From NCBI GenBank assembly GCA_012295275.1, contig CM022673.1, positions 3,224,001-3,288,000 on the forward strand: 64,000 nt of DNA, in the 5' to 3' direction. Below, piece by piece: positions 13,001-25,971 of this stretch; positions within the stretch are counted from its first letter, which is position 1; every line of letters begins with the position of its first letter. Both the position numbers and the translations under genes were made by a program. The DNA is from Chrysomallon squamiferum (Eukaryota > Animalia > Mollusca). Under the pieces are notes generated by a model. The model searched no databases. It had not been told where the DNA came from and saw nothing but the letters and a program-made list of their open reading frames with translations.

Positions 13001-16000
13001 TTTATTTTTAATGAATACAGTCAAATCGTTGTTTTTTTATTAAAACGTTTAACGTGAAATATTGTTTTAAATGATTTATTTACAACAGACTGGAAATCGG
13101 AAACACACTAACTTTCACAGGCCTTTTAAACTTAAACATCCATATATTTTTTTTTTTTTAATTACTTCTGGACCTGAAAAGATTCTGAAGTATCCCTAAC
13201 ATTTTAATGTTGCTGTTAAAATGGCTAAGTATTCTTTTAATCTGCTTTTTCTTTTTTAATAAAAAAAATTCTGTAGGATCTATAAATATATATATCCAGA
13301 ATGTTGAAGATGTCATTGAAGTTTGCACCTTGGGTGTTTCAAAAATCAACCTTTAATGATACTATGCCATTAAAGTTGTCTCCTGAGTCCATTCTGCTCA
13401 ACGTATGGATGCTAGAAAGGAAAGACAGGTCTATTAGTAGTGTTCTTCACTTTTGGTTCGCTTTTCACAGACTTTATTATGTGTGAAAATATGCTTGTTT
13501 CATGAATGTCAATGACCATTTTACTAATTAAACAGCCTGTGCCTTATGTTGTTAAAAACTAACAAAACAAACAAACAAAAACATGTTGGATGTTACTCTG
13601 GTTAACAACAGGACTTGTATCTGAACTGGTGAATTATGGAGTTCATCTGTGACAGTTTCTAGGAAAAAAAAGCTCCCGTCTCTTTTCAAATTTCAGACAA
13701 CAAATATTTACTGTAGTTAAAAAAAAAATCAAGAAATTAGAAAATAAAAAATAGAACTATTCACAAAATGCAGGATACTAATGTAAACCAGACACTGGCA
13801 GTTTAAAAATGTTTCTGTTCTGCTGAATAATTAAAAGATTTAGCAGCAAACATTTTTTTTTTGAAACAAACATATTTTCACTTCTAGTTGTTTTCACTGC
13901 TGTTTTGTTACATTTCAGATCACAGTTTTGACAGTCATAAGCACAAACATTTGTGTACTATTTGCAGTTTGAGTTTCCTACAATCAGGCACAAATGTGAT
14001 GTGGTCGGACAAATGCAGCACATACTCACTCAAATACCTTATAAATTGCAATTTTGCCGCTGGTTTAAATTTTCCTATTCTACAACAACTGATTTTTCTA
14101 ATAAAAATCACATTCTTGTTACTGTTAAAATTAATCTAGTGAGGTTCCCCAGTAATGTTTTTTTTGTTGAAAATATATACTGACATTAAGATATTTAACA
14201 AAAACATAAAAGTAATAACAACAGCATATTGTTTTTGATTTCTGCTCATGTAAATGTTTGTTACTTGTAAAAAAATTAAAACAAAAATTAAGAACAATGG
14301 TTGAATCGTAAAAAAATGTTAAAGGAATCTATCTATCTGGAGCCATTCCCTGCTTCAGTTAAAGTGGAACACAGAAATTTAGACTGCAATCTGATCTGGC
14401 TGCAGAATACAGAGAAAACCAAGTCATCTTATAAAGAAAAAGAAAAAACAAAACAAACAAAATGGTAAACATCACAAAATCTGGGCATCACCACAGTATT
14501 ATTTGAGACTGGCTGGATAGGACAAATTCTTATAATATTTTATTCAATGTCTTAAAAGTATAGCCAGCATAAGGAACATTTAAAATAAAGGAAGACAAGG
14601 CTTTTTATTGTCATTTAAAACAAAAAATGCATACATTGAAGATAATCAGTTCATAGAGAAAAATACTATCAATATTGTAACATGCATAGGTTTTGGCGTA
14701 ATCACTCCATTTATGAAAATGCACAAACATGTAACAATATATATCATACAAAAAAATAAAAATAAAAAAATTAATAAATAAATTAAAAAAAAAAATAAAA
14801 ATACTAACCGTCTGCAAATGGATCATATCGCTCGGGACTGATGATCATGTTACGTCTCCTGGCACGATATTCATCTTCTCTGTCGGAGATCTTTGGAATA
14901 CGATGTTCAGCAAGTGGGTCATAATCCTAACAAAAATAAAAATTCTCTTTATATTTACCAATAATCAAAAGACTACACCAGCATACATATAAAAATATCA
15001 CCTATATATTCAAAGATTATTATTAAAGTTATTTTGTTTGAACATAAACTGGAAAATAAAAGTCTGAAATATTTCCATGAATCATAAATAGTATCATTAT
15101 CATTTCTTTTCAGCAAGTAGAAATATATCAATATTTTTTCATTTTTAAATTTTAAAGAAATTATGTACGAGTGCAAAAAATATTACATAGATGGAGAACA
15201 TAAACTTAATTCCTACAAAAGGATTTACATGCCTATTTTGTTTTTGATGCTTTAATCAAAATTCAGAGATAAGATAACACAAATTATTTCTGGCATTTAA
15301 TTAGCTATATACACATTTGGTGAGACTGCAAAATCTCTGATGTAGAATTAAACTAAATACAAAACAAAGACTTACTTTGTCTGCAGAAGTTTCATGAAGT
15401 AAGTTCAATGGTGCTGTGTATGTTGATCTCTTTGGAAAAGAAGCTGGTACTTCTTCATCTTCCTATATAATAATAATAAAGTATAATATTAAACTGAAAA
15501 AAAACAGTACATTTACATATGAAAGCCGAAAAATAAATAAATAATGAATAAAAAAAGGAAAAACCAAGTATCTTGAAACAAATTTGTGCAAAATAAAAAT
15601 CATGGAGAGAAAAGGTAAAATTTTAATTTCAAAGGTTATTTTAAAAACGTTAACATATTTATCAAATTTATCACTCCTCAGCTTTTCAGAGTACATAGAT
15701 TAAAGAGATAAATAAAAGTCCAAAGTGTAGTTTGATTCAACACTTACATCAATTTCATCTGTTGCTGCAATAGAAGTGACATATCCATCGAAGCGACTGT
15801 CAGATCCACCGTAAATGTCAACATCATAATGTCCCTCGGCTCCCAGTCCTACTCTGTCTGTTTCCGGGTTTTCTTTTGGAGCCTGCTGAAGCTGTGCTTT
15901 TTTAGCCTGAATATTTCGCACTTGCTCCTCAATTTCTAAAATTTTATCACTTATACATCAATTATACATACAATGCATATTAAATGGTAAATAAATGTAT

Positions 16001-16717
16001 TATGCATTTACTGAAACGTGAATTATATTTTTAAGAATTAAAGATCCTATGACAATGAGGTTTTCTATGATACAATTGCGCAAATTAACATTTTCTGCAT
16101 CTTTTTACATGTATTTCATGCAGTACATACGAAGATTCGATCTGTTCTAAAATTTAAACTACCCGAGTACTTCCTAAATATATCAAAGCGTTATTTTCGT
16201 TATTTGCGCACTAACATAAAACTGATATACTCATATAATGTAAGTGTAAAACTAATGTCATGATACAGTAAGTTGAGTAACACTAATAGTAACACTGTAA
16301 CTATTATGAATACAGTGAGTAAGCTGAGTAGCAATGAATTCAGAGGAATGTTTATTATTATTATCTCAGTACCCATTAGTATTAGCTGTGGTATCAAAAT
16401 AAAAAGTTATATGAAGATATAAAATCTTGATTTCATTAAAGTATCATGAATTGACAAATATTTACAAGCAATGAAATCTGAAAATTAGAGAAATTATTAA
16501 TGTTATTCGACTGAAAATGCTGAAACTGAAAGCAACCCAGCACCTGCTATAGTCTGATAGTACTATATAAATTACTCGTTTACGAAATACACGAATAAAC
16601 TGATTATATAACATTAGGTTCATTTTCATCAATTTGGGTTTTATTGCACCATAAAATGTAAAAATTCTTAAGTTAAAGCTTTAATTTACCTTCTCGAGTT
16701 TTAGCTACGGTAGCCAT
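1824..16717 (-). CDS. SF3B1: Splicing factor 3B subunit 1 (SF3b155), complete gene, 21 coding exons, 4074 nt CDS / about 1357 aa
   Basis: Manually spliced exons give [22 protein letters not shown]... through RWDETP (ULM) and TP repeats and a HEAT region nearly identical to metazoan SF3B1 (e.g. [88 protein letters not shown]), ending IRYELDYVL*. All 20 introns are GT-AG and exon phases are consistent. Confidence 0.98.
2348..2564 (-). CDS. SF3B1: SF3B1 exon 20
   Basis: [73 protein letters not shown]. Confidence 0.96.
2857..3129 (-). CDS. SF3B1: SF3B1 exon 19
   Basis: [25 protein letters not shown]...[21 protein letters not shown]. Confidence 0.96.
3548..3733 (-). CDS. SF3B1: SF3B1 exon 18
   Basis: [63 protein letters not shown]. 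Confidence 0.96.
4314..4492 (-). CDS. SF3B1: SF3B1 exon 17
   Basis: [59 protein letters not shown]. Confidence 0.96.
4778..4960 (-). CDS. SF3B1: SF3B1 exon 16
   Basis: [61 protein letters not shown]. Confidence 0.96.
5310..5531 (-). CDS. SF3B1: SF3B1 exon 15
   Basis: [42 protein letters not shown]...[12 protein letters not shown]. Confidence 0.96.
5742..5867 (-). CDS. SF3B1: SF3B1 exon 14
   Basis: [42 protein letters not shown]. Confidence 0.96.
6404..6550 (-). CDS. SF3B1: SF3B1 exon 13
   Basis: [49 protein letters not shown]. Confidence 0.96.
6883..7028 (-). CDS. SF3B1: SF3B1 exon 12
   Basis: [49 protein letters not shown]. Confidence 0.96.
7512..7782 (-). CDS. SF3B1: SF3B1 exon 11
   Basis: [30 protein letters not shown]...[14 protein letters not shown]...LVEIIEH. 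Confidence 0.96.
8210..8476 (-). CDS. SF3B1: SF3B1 exon 10
   Basis: [42 protein letters not shown]...[11 protein letters not shown]. Confidence 0.96.
8854..8955 (-). CDS. SF3B1: SF3B1 exon 9
   Basis: [34 protein letters not shown]. Confidence 0.95.
9182..9382 (-). CDS. SF3B1: SF3B1 exon 8
   Basis: [24 protein letters not shown]...[12 protein letters not shown]. Confidence 0.95.
9744..10231 (-). CDS. SF3B1: SF3B1 exon 7 (TP-repeat and p14-binding region)
   Basis: [29 protein letters not shown]...[10 protein letters not shown]...[32 protein letters not shown]. Confidence 0.95.
10476..10881 (-). CDS. SF3B1: SF3B1 exon 6 (ULM region)
   Basis: [14 protein letters not shown]...RKRKRWD...SSWD...SRWDETP...RQWDTTP...[13 protein letters not shown]. 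Confidence 0.95.
11218..11297 (-). CDS. SF3B1: SF3B1 exon 5
   Basis: tttgaag|GTGGCAAAACT; [27 protein letters not shown]; donor CAG|gtatgt. Confidence 0.93.
12349..12409 (-). other. Candidate SF3B1 poison (PTC-containing) cassette exon in intron 4
   Basis: Two ACTAAT branch-like motifs, ttttag|GATTAGCGATGTCTTATTATGCAGAGTGA..., donor GGCAC|GTACGT; in frame after exon 4 it reads GLAMSYYAE*. Confidence 0.55.
13351..13411 (-). other. Second candidate stop-containing alternative exon in SF3B1 intron 4
   Basis: TACTAAT branch plus ctgtctttcctttctag acceptor; reads ASIR* after exon 4; donor AAG|gttgat is weak. Confidence 0.35.
14809..14926 (-). CDS. SF3B1: SF3B1 exon 4
   Basis: [39 protein letters not shown](G); donor G|gttagt. 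Confidence 0.95.
15376..15462 (-). CDS. SF3B1: SF3B1 exon 3
   Basis: tatag|GAA...AAA|gtaagt; [29 protein letters not shown], 87 nt in phase. Confidence 0.9.
15748..15935 (-). CDS. SF3B1: SF3B1 exon 2
   Basis: ttttag|AAATT...GAT|gtaagt; [13 protein letters not shown]...[23 protein letters not shown]. Confidence 0.95.
16690..16717 (-). CDS. SF3B1: SF3B1 coding exon 1 (MATVAKTRE)
   Basis: AAAATGGCT start context, donor G|gtaaat; resembles human N-terminus MAKIAKTHE. Confidence 0.9.
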
Positions 16718-16840
16718 TTTCGTTAATATGGCCGACGTTTTTTCAATCCCATAAACCTTTTCGCGACTTATCGGAAACGCACTGTGTTGGTTGAAAATGT
16801 GGATTTCTTAGCGATATTGCGGATGATTCAAAACTACAAA
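16718..16840 (-). promoter_or_regulatory. SF3B1 5' UTR / TATA-less housekeeping promoter region
   Basis: Locally CpG-richer. YY1-like AATATGGCCG (about 16724-16733), ZNF143/Staf-like ATCCCATAAACCTTTTCGCG (16746-16765) and an ETS-like CGGAA core (about 16772). Motif calls were made by eye. Confidence 0.45.
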
Positions 16841-17612
16841 AAAAGAATATAATTTTATAAAATTTTATTAGAATAATGAACAAAATAATAAAAAGTAAAA
16901 ATAATATTTACAAGAAATATATTTTAAAAAATAAATGAGGAAAAAATTAGTAACATGATTAAGGGCTCTATTTTGAAAATTACAAAAAAGGTAATCGATC
17001 CGTAACGGAACAAAAGTAAAGTCATGTACCATTCTATCAGTTTGACTTCTGAATTTTTTACTAAATGAATAATTAACACTGAACGATACTATCATCTCTC
17101 ATTTGCTTCATTAATATGAAATATTTTTTTCATAAAAATTAGTGAATATAAATCGATTAATTCATGGCATTTAGAATCCCACCTACATAATATCCAGCAG
17201 AGCTGTCATATTAGTGTTTTAAATATTGATAAAAAAAATTATGTTATGTATACATTTCTTCTTTTTTTTTTTTTTTTTTTGAACACGTATTTATATAGCG
17301 GTAAATATAAAATAAAACAAATGAATAAACAAACAAACAAACAAACATATAAATAAATAAATAATAATAACATGACTACAACGACCGCCACGACTACGAG
17401 CACGACCATCATCATCATCATCAACAGTAATAATAAGAATACTACATATAAGAAGAATTATTTAAACCCACCTTTTGATCATGTTAGTGTAAAATATATA
17501 AGAAGTATTTAAGATGATTATTTACATATTCTTATTTTCAAAACCTTTAAGTCGATTACATTTAAGTGACGATATTATGTATTTAAATATAATGTTACTT
17601 AGAAACACCTAC

Positions 17613-17619
<7 letters not shown>

Positions 17620-17694
<75 letters not shown>
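17620..17694. repeat. (AG)n microsatellite
   Basis: Seen directly. Confidence 0.95.
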
Positions 17695-17697
<3 letters not shown>

Positions 17698-20620
17698 TGA
17701 TTATAATATATATATTTTTAACATTTCAAAGCTAAAATGTTCTGCAAAGTCTGTTTTTTTCGATATATTAATTCAATAACAGTTAATTGGAATTTTTTCT
17801 TATTAATCGAATTTCAAAATATGGAATCAGAGATTTTGCTTCAAATCTAATTTGAATTTATTTTCTTTTTTTAATTTTTAAATTATTATTATTTTTATCT
17901 TTGAAAAAAATCCTTAAATTCAGATTAACCTGTTGTTGTAAGAATGACCTGTCTTACACGCAGTCTGTCCTTAGTTATTGTTTTTTAAAAACAAACAAAC
18001 AAAAACTAAGAAAACAAAAAATCGGAAAACAACAACAACAACACAAGCGATATTCAGTTTTATTATAAATCGAAATCATGTTAATGTTCTGGAGCGGCTG
18101 ATAATTTAAGAAAATCTGCAAACAACACAGCATTATTTAAATTTTCTTATTTTAAAACAAAAAAACAAACTTATATACTGTTAAAGTGAATATAATGATT
18201 ATAGTTGACTTCTCACACAATTAGTTCTAAGTGCTTTTCAACAAAGAATCAACATTCAGATTTATCATACGATAACATGACAGCATCAATAAATACACCA
18301 AAACACGTTACCAGGTAATCTTGCCAGTTCATTTTTGCTTTCCGCTATTTCTTCCTGAAGTCCATCAAAGATTTAAATTCATTGTTAATTTCAAACATAA
18401 TGGGGACAGATCAAAGTTCAGTTGTTAATACTTTATGTCAGTTAAACGAATGGTTTAACTCATGTATTCGTGTTTATGGGGAAATGGACATAGGTCTATA
18501 AATAATTATATTTGTATAGAGATGCTAATTTATAAACGTGGCCCTTGATCTAGTAACGCCGTGTTTCATTTTGAAATACTACGTTACAAACCATCGTTAC
18601 GGTACACGCACACACACACACACCCACCCACCCCCACCCCCCACACATCCCACACACAAACACACACACACACACACAGACGCATGTATATGACACTAAT
18701 AACAATGTTTTAACTTATTGAAATGTCGTGAATCAAATATTTATTCATTCATTTAATAATTTATTTTTGCCTGTCTTTCATATATTATGTTAAGGTTTGT
18801 ACATGTTAGAGAAATATACTGGTTTATTTGCTACCTAATATTAATCAAAAGGTTAATGCCAATACATTTTTTTTTTCCAGAGATAAAATTTGCCATACTT
18901 AAATTACAAGACAGATGTGTTTAAAAAGTTATGGTTCATTCTGTAAGTAAGAGAATTTTTTTATCATTATTATTTTTTTTTTATTATGCCGTAATTCCTG
19001 TTTGTATTGACAATTGTATGGTACAGAAATATATTCAGGCTCTGTGATTCAATCAACCATGAAGACGCCATTCATGTTTTTGTTAAGATATTGTTTAGTC
19101 ACGAGTACAGCATCATTTTCTGTTGACAGTCACTTCCTCTATTGTCTGTCACATCATAGAAATAGTCACCATTTTCAATATTTCTAGAGGTCAAATGTTA
19201 TAATAAGATTTACTGTTTCCAGTCTGTGCTTCACTAAGCTGTCATTTCTAATCAAAGCAGGTACCCGATCAGAGCTGTTGAGAATTTAATTTTCCGCGTG
19301 ACATGTGTATCGACGAATCCTAATTTCAAATAAATCATAGAACGAGGGGAGAAGAGGAAGAGACTGACAGATAAGACAGGTATATATAAAACATATAACA
19401 TTTTGATTTCATTAATGCATCATGAAATGACAAATATTTACATATTTTATCTCTCTGTGTATGTGTGTGTATATATATATAAAATGTGATAAAATGTGTG
19501 TGATTTACAGGAAGATTTACACGAAACCCATAAAAAGGTAATTTTTAAAAATGGATATATATAAATAAATAAATGTGGTTTGTGATATCGTATTTCTGCA
19601 AAGAAGACAAAATCCTTTTGTGAGAATCGAGTGGTGTAATATTACGTCTGTCATTTCATTTCAACTCGAAATTAACAATCGTTACAAAAAAAAAAAAAAA
19701 AAAAAATTCCCCAGGATACCACGTGACATAAAGATTAACTATTTTGTTTGTACATGCCATTCAAATCAAAGTACCTCACCAGACGTACAGTTAGAATTAT
19801 CTGACGCCATGTTATTAGAGTGAATCTACACATTGTCAGACAGTAAGTTTTCTGTGGTGTGTCAGTATGTGGCAGTGTTAACCGGCTTGTGGCTGACTGA
19901 AAGATACTGGAATCGCTACTCGATGACAGAATGCTCTCTTTCTTATGATAACTATAGTGAGCTAAAAATCAGTGGTTACATCATATTTGTGATGCTTGGA
20001 GGATCAACTCTCTTTTGTATATTCGTTAGACTAATTCCCGTTCCAGTCACTTTCGTAAGACTGATATAACATGTTGTGTTATATGCGTTACAATTAATCT
20101 ACAGAATAATTCATAATAATAGCCTATGAGAGAAGTCTCAGTGTTCGGTTTCCTCTGTCATTCCATCACAATGGTGCACACTAATCTATAACTATGTTTG
20201 ATTACCTTATAATCTAAGAAAAAGGATCTTAAGAAACAATCATTCATTTGTGACACAATTATACGGGTTTGGACAAACTGTCCAGGCCATAAAAGCAGTT
20301 TTTGACCCTTCAGTGGACGCTAGTGTATTTCAAATTATTGATTTATTGATTCATCGATCATTATCGTCTAATGATCATCGATGTGTCCGCTTTTCGGTGA
20401 AGATAGATTACAAGGAAACAGTGTATCGTGCGCTGCCTTTCTTTGATATTGATGAATGCTAATACGCCGATTTGTAACCAGATGTTCACCTTGTTTAGAG
20501 TTTAGGATAGTTAAGGCTGTTTGTCAGTGGTTTATTGAATGCGGGGGTTCTTTGTGAACAGAGCAAACTGGGCCACGTGTTGATCCACCTTGATTATTAT
20601 CTGAACTGATTCGCACAAAA

Positions 20621-20652
<32 letters not shown>

Positions 20653-20809
20653 GATACCAATACAATTTTTTGGGGGGCACAATGTTGTTATAAATCAGTC
20701 AAAACATGGACCAGACAAAACATACACAACAAAAAAGCAAGAATAAAAAAACCCACAATAATTAAGTGACTTGTAACCACATTATGCAAAAACAACAGAA
20801 AAAGAAACA

Positions 20810-20813
<4 letters not shown>

Positions 20814-20887
<74 letters not shown>
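20814..20887. repeat. (AG)n microsatellite
   Basis: Seen directly. Confidence 0.95.
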
Positions 20888-20889
<2 letters not shown>

Positions 20890-21449
20890 CACATAAAAAT
20901 AAAGAAAAAGAAGAAAATATCAAGCACCCATAAAACCCCAACAGAAACACCCACCAAACAAAACAAACATCAACAACCAAAAAAAAAAAAAAATTAAATT
21001 AAAAGAAAGAAAGAAAGAAAGAGAAAAAGCCACAAAAAGCTCGGACCAAAACGAAACAAAACGAACAACTTTTCACATTTAATACTATATGATATTACGC
21101 TTAGGATTAGAGTTGGCTTTAGACTTAGAAATTGAATTGGCTCAGTCGGAAATATTTCGCAAATTAGAATGAAATGACATTTTTTCATGACGGTCTAATT
21201 GACACTAAATAGCACTGCAGGATTTAAAAGATGATTCTCGTTTCCCAATTAAAACGGAACCGGAAAAAACAAATCGCCTTTTCGTTTCTCCCCGCCTTCC
21301 GAACACAGCCGGTAATGGCTGTTATTGACTTGGGGCCATTCTTCGTAATTGGGTGAAACAGATTGTCTCTGCGTAATTTTAATAAGTAATACGATCTTTA
21401 GAACGTGAAACCGATGACTAAAAAAAACCCCACAAATTCGCACAGTTTA

Positions 21450-21502
<53 letters not shown>

Positions 21503-21513
21503 TTAAAATAAAA

Positions 21514-21553
<40 letters not shown>

Positions 21554-21908
21554 CAAATTATTTAAATAAATTAATAAAAGATCAGTTCTGACATGGTGTA
21601 TGTTTTTAATAATGAGTTGCACGAGCAAAACGAATATCTCCGTTCCGAGGTTCGAACCAAAAACGTTTTCACTTATTACCTCATTTTAAAAAAAAAAAGA
21701 GATTTATTTTAAGCATAACGTATTTAAGCGGTTCAGTTTTCCTATAAAACTTAACTGCGAATATCAATGAAGTAATCTTCTTTCAAAAGTGGACTGAAAC
21801 ATCCGCCCAGAGATTGAGAAAATTAGTTTGATATCATCCTAAAATGACAAAATCAATAATTTTAATAACCACATTCTTTGTTGGCTAAGATATATTTCTT
21901 TTCTTTTT

Positions 21909-22008
<100 letters not shown>

Positions 22009-22759
22009 AGCAGGGGAAATAAAGGTAATATAGAAAGAAAGAGCAAAATACATATATCATTCGCACATACACAAATACATATATCATTCGCACATACACA
22101 AACACAGCCATATACATTAATGTAAAACGCAGAGTAGAAATGGGTTTAACATCTAAATAAAATATGGAAGAAACGGCAATTAACAAACACAAAAACTAAA
22201 AAGAACGAGAAGACAAAATCTGGATGTAAGAAATCCCTTTTAATTTAAATCAGTAAAAAAAAAAAAACATTCATCCTACATTTACAAAAGTCAATTATTT
22301 CATATTTGAATGATATGTTACATCCTTTTTCTAATACCTCTAAATGTCACTTCCGATATTAACATGCATCCAATTAGTTTTCAGGAAAAGTGCAGTCTTC
22401 TTAATAGTTTTTTCTAACTATTTTTTTCTTTCAACATTTATATTTAGGAAGGAAATAAAATTGTCTTTCACTGTAAATTAGGTGTCGTCTAATGGATAGG
22501 CCAGACAAAACCTTTGCTTTTAAAATGATTTAATCTTATTTGTTATGCTTCCTAGTCAATATATTCCGCAGCGTTTGATAATACCAGTAGTCCATATGGT
22601 TAGTTCAGTTAAAACATTTACTGCTTAAAGTCTATATTCTTTCATTTTTGCTTCACAGTTTCTGATATATAGTAAAACAAGAGTGTACAAATGGATACAG
22701 AGAACACAGAAGCAGACATTAAAAACAGGAATATCTATGAAAGAAAGACATAGGTATAC

Positions 22760-23025
22760 AGACAGACAGATAGACTCATCGACATATAAAGAAACAGATG
22801 GATGAATAGATAGGTAGGTAGGTAGGTAGACAGACATTTAGATAGATATATAGATAAACAGATGGATGGATAGATAGGTAGGTAGGTAGATAGACAGACA
22901 TTTAGATAGATATATATATATAAACAGATGGATGGATAGATAGGTAGGTAGGTAGGTAGATAGACAGACATTTAGATAGATATATAGATAGACAGAGATA
23001 TATATACACAAATAGATATATACAC

Positions 23026-23056
<31 letters not shown>

Positions 23057-23135
23057 CAGACAGATAGATAGATGAATTGATAAAAAGATAGAAAGATATA
23101 TAGACAGATAGATATTCAGATAAATAGGCAGACAG
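22760..23135. repeat. Compound (GATA/GGTA/GACA/GATG)n tetranucleotide repeat
   Basis: Seen directly, with a higher-order repetition of about 60 bp at 22790-22985. Confidence 0.9.
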
Positions 23136-24560
23136 ATCTGGATGAACTGGAGACCAACAAATGTATGCATATGTTTGAATGAGCGCGTATTTACCTCAGA
23201 CAACAGAACGCATATGACAATTTCAAAATCATTCGTCACTTCATTACGTCTAATTAATTATCTTTAAGATTTGCTTCACTAATCGTCACATGCTAACGGA
23301 AACTCATACAAACCAATTTCCTTTTATAAAGATTGTTACAAGGTGAGAAGTTCACCTTGTTGTTCCTTATAACTTTGGCTAAATTGGTCTCAATTCCAAG
23401 GGGAAGATAACTCTGCACCGAAGACACTACCTAAGACGCTGATCAGAGATTAAACAGTATATTGCAATTAACGGAAACTTCCTGTAACTTTTTGTCATAT
23501 TCTCCTATTCTGACAGACTTAGCCAAAAAGAATCAACGGCTGATTTTTTTGTTGTTTTTTTTTATCTGAAATTCGTTTGTTTCAGTCCGCAACATTAAAT
23601 ATATTTCTGACTGCGGATTTCACTTTATTAACATAATTTAGTGGGGAAATTAATCACTTTTTGTATTATCACAAATGGTGATGTATTTTTTCACTGATGA
23701 TTTTCTTTTTCTTCTTTTGTTGTTTTTTCTTTAGTTATAGTTGATAGTATATACAACTGTTTTTTTTTTTTTCATTTGGACAAATAATTTACGTTTTCAT
23801 ATTCTCCGAAAAGTTCCGATAATTTGTCATTGTACTAACAGCCCGGTTTGAAAACTTTGTTTCATTCGATGTAGAAATCTCATTACTGAATCGTATTTAA
23901 AATAATAATAATAATAATGTATAGTCTATATAGAGAGAGAAAGTATTCTTTTTATGATCAAAAATATATTATATCAGTGTCGAATTATATTTATGAACAT
24001 AATTTTTTATATATTTTTTTTTTTTTTTGTTCTAAACACCTCGGTATAATATTTCTAATAAAATGTTTAAATACTATTTCTGTGTGTGTGTGTGTGTGGG
24101 GGTGCATGTGTGTGTGCGCGTGCGTGCGTGTCTGTCTAGTCTACTGTAAGTTCATTGTCCAATTTTTTATTTATTTTTTGCTGAAAGCTGTGTATTATTT
24201 GCCCCGATGAGAATTATCATGTAGGACTTGGTGCGGATTGATCTTACAACCCGACGAAGAACTTAAGATAAACTGATAGTCTCGTAATATTTCATTAGGG
24301 AAAGGTAACAAATTGAATTTCTGTTGTTACTCACGGGAGGACAAAATAAACCATTAGATCAGTATTTACGTAAGGTGATAAGACATCTGACGCCAGTTTA
24401 AAACAGAAAGACTGTTAGGAGATTAATAACTGAATCGGCTTTGCAGACACTCTGGAGAAAAGAAGTCATAGTAACAAATAAAACTAAATACATTTAAATA
24501 AACAGTCATAGATGTTAAATAATTTAAAAAAATTTGGTTGCAGTTTATTTAAAGAATTCT

Positions 24561-24631
24561 TCGTCATCATCATCTTTTTCTTCTTACTCTTCTTATTATA
24601 ATTATCATTACCATCATCATCATCATCATCA

Positions 24632-24681
<50 letters not shown>

Positions 24682-24685
24682 GTTG

Positions 24686-24717
<32 letters not shown>

Positions 24718-24763
24718 GGTGTTGGTGTTGTTGCTGTTGTTATTGTTGTTGTTGCTGCTGCTG
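24561..24763. repeat. Compound trinucleotide repeat (CAT)(TAT)(TGT)(TGG)(TGC)
   Basis: Seen directly; source of the spurious poly-H/Y/C/W ORF. Confidence 0.9.
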
Positions 24764-25971
24764 ATTTATTAAGAAAAGTCTACTCTTGTACCAGTCGACA
24801 AAGAGAACGGAAATAGAAAGAAATTAACAGAAATGTAACAATAAACATCTAATCCACGATAGCACTCTGCCCCACAAATCATCACTTTTATATACATTTC
24901 CAGCCTTTGATAAACAAAACGAAGAAATCTTTGAACGTTAAGGTCATCACATCGCTTTCAGAAGAAAACTATGACCGGTAATGGATATATGAAGTCAACA
25001 CAAATACGCGAGTTAGTTTAATTCTCATTGCTGGTTTATAAACAGGAATATAAAATAAAGAAGTGTTGCATCTATATTCCTGACCCTGACCGTAACCTTG
25101 TTTTTCTATCTACCATGACTTCAGGAATAACCCATATCTGTATTTTACTAATAGTTTTTGACAGAAAGGTTTTTCCAAAGCAGATTAAAATGCAAGCGTT
25201 TACTGTGGTTATTGCAGTGTCTGGAATTTCAGATGAAACACTGGTTTCCATTTATCATGGACATCCATTAGTTTCGCTTGTAGCTAAACAAAATCTATTT
25301 TATTGAAGAAACCGCAGTCAGTTTTCAGTTCACTGGATTTAAACATACATCAAACATCTGATATATTTACAAAGTAAAAGAGGAATACGTCAGTTTTTAG
25401 GGGAAAAAAAGGGGGAAAAAAAGAAAGAAAGAAAGTAGCAAATAATTAAGATCAACAATTGAAAAAGGCCAAAATAACAGAATTCTATATATTACGATCT
25501 TTTGAAACTTTTAAAATAGGATTTGCTACATCTCCATTTATATTAACTAATATATATTCCAGACATATGCCTGTATCTGGTGCACACATGTTACATACAT
25601 TAAATGTGTATTTCTTCTTCTTTTGTTTTACGATGGTTACAGTTACAAGATCTATTGCGAGCATTTTGCGCGCACTCACACACGCACGCAAACAGACACA
25701 CACAAGCACTTTCACTCATTGTGTATTAAAGACCACTTTCTGCTAATCAGTGAGTACCAAAAAGGAAAGTGTCAGCGGGTTTCCTTTCTCTTATCATCAT
25801 TATACAGAAGACTTAACCATTAATATTAAAATGTTTTGAGATGTTAAACCAAAATTCATTCCTTCATTCGGTCATGCTTTCATTCGTTCGTGCGTAAGTT
25901 TAATCGCTCATTCTTCCTAATGTGTATGCTTAATTCGTTACATAAAAACACAAAGAGAATCATTAATTGTT

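Noticed and set aside
11298-14808. Intronic snoRNA as the reason for the long intron 4
   Set aside because: I found no RTGATGA...CTGA pair at a suitable spacing with a terminal stem on the sense strand. H/ACA types cannot be excluded by eye; an Infernal/Rfam scan would settle it.
19575-20462. Three short plus-strand ORFs in a GC-richer patch
   Set aside because: They have non-ATG starts, no recognisable homology and no consistent splice structure.
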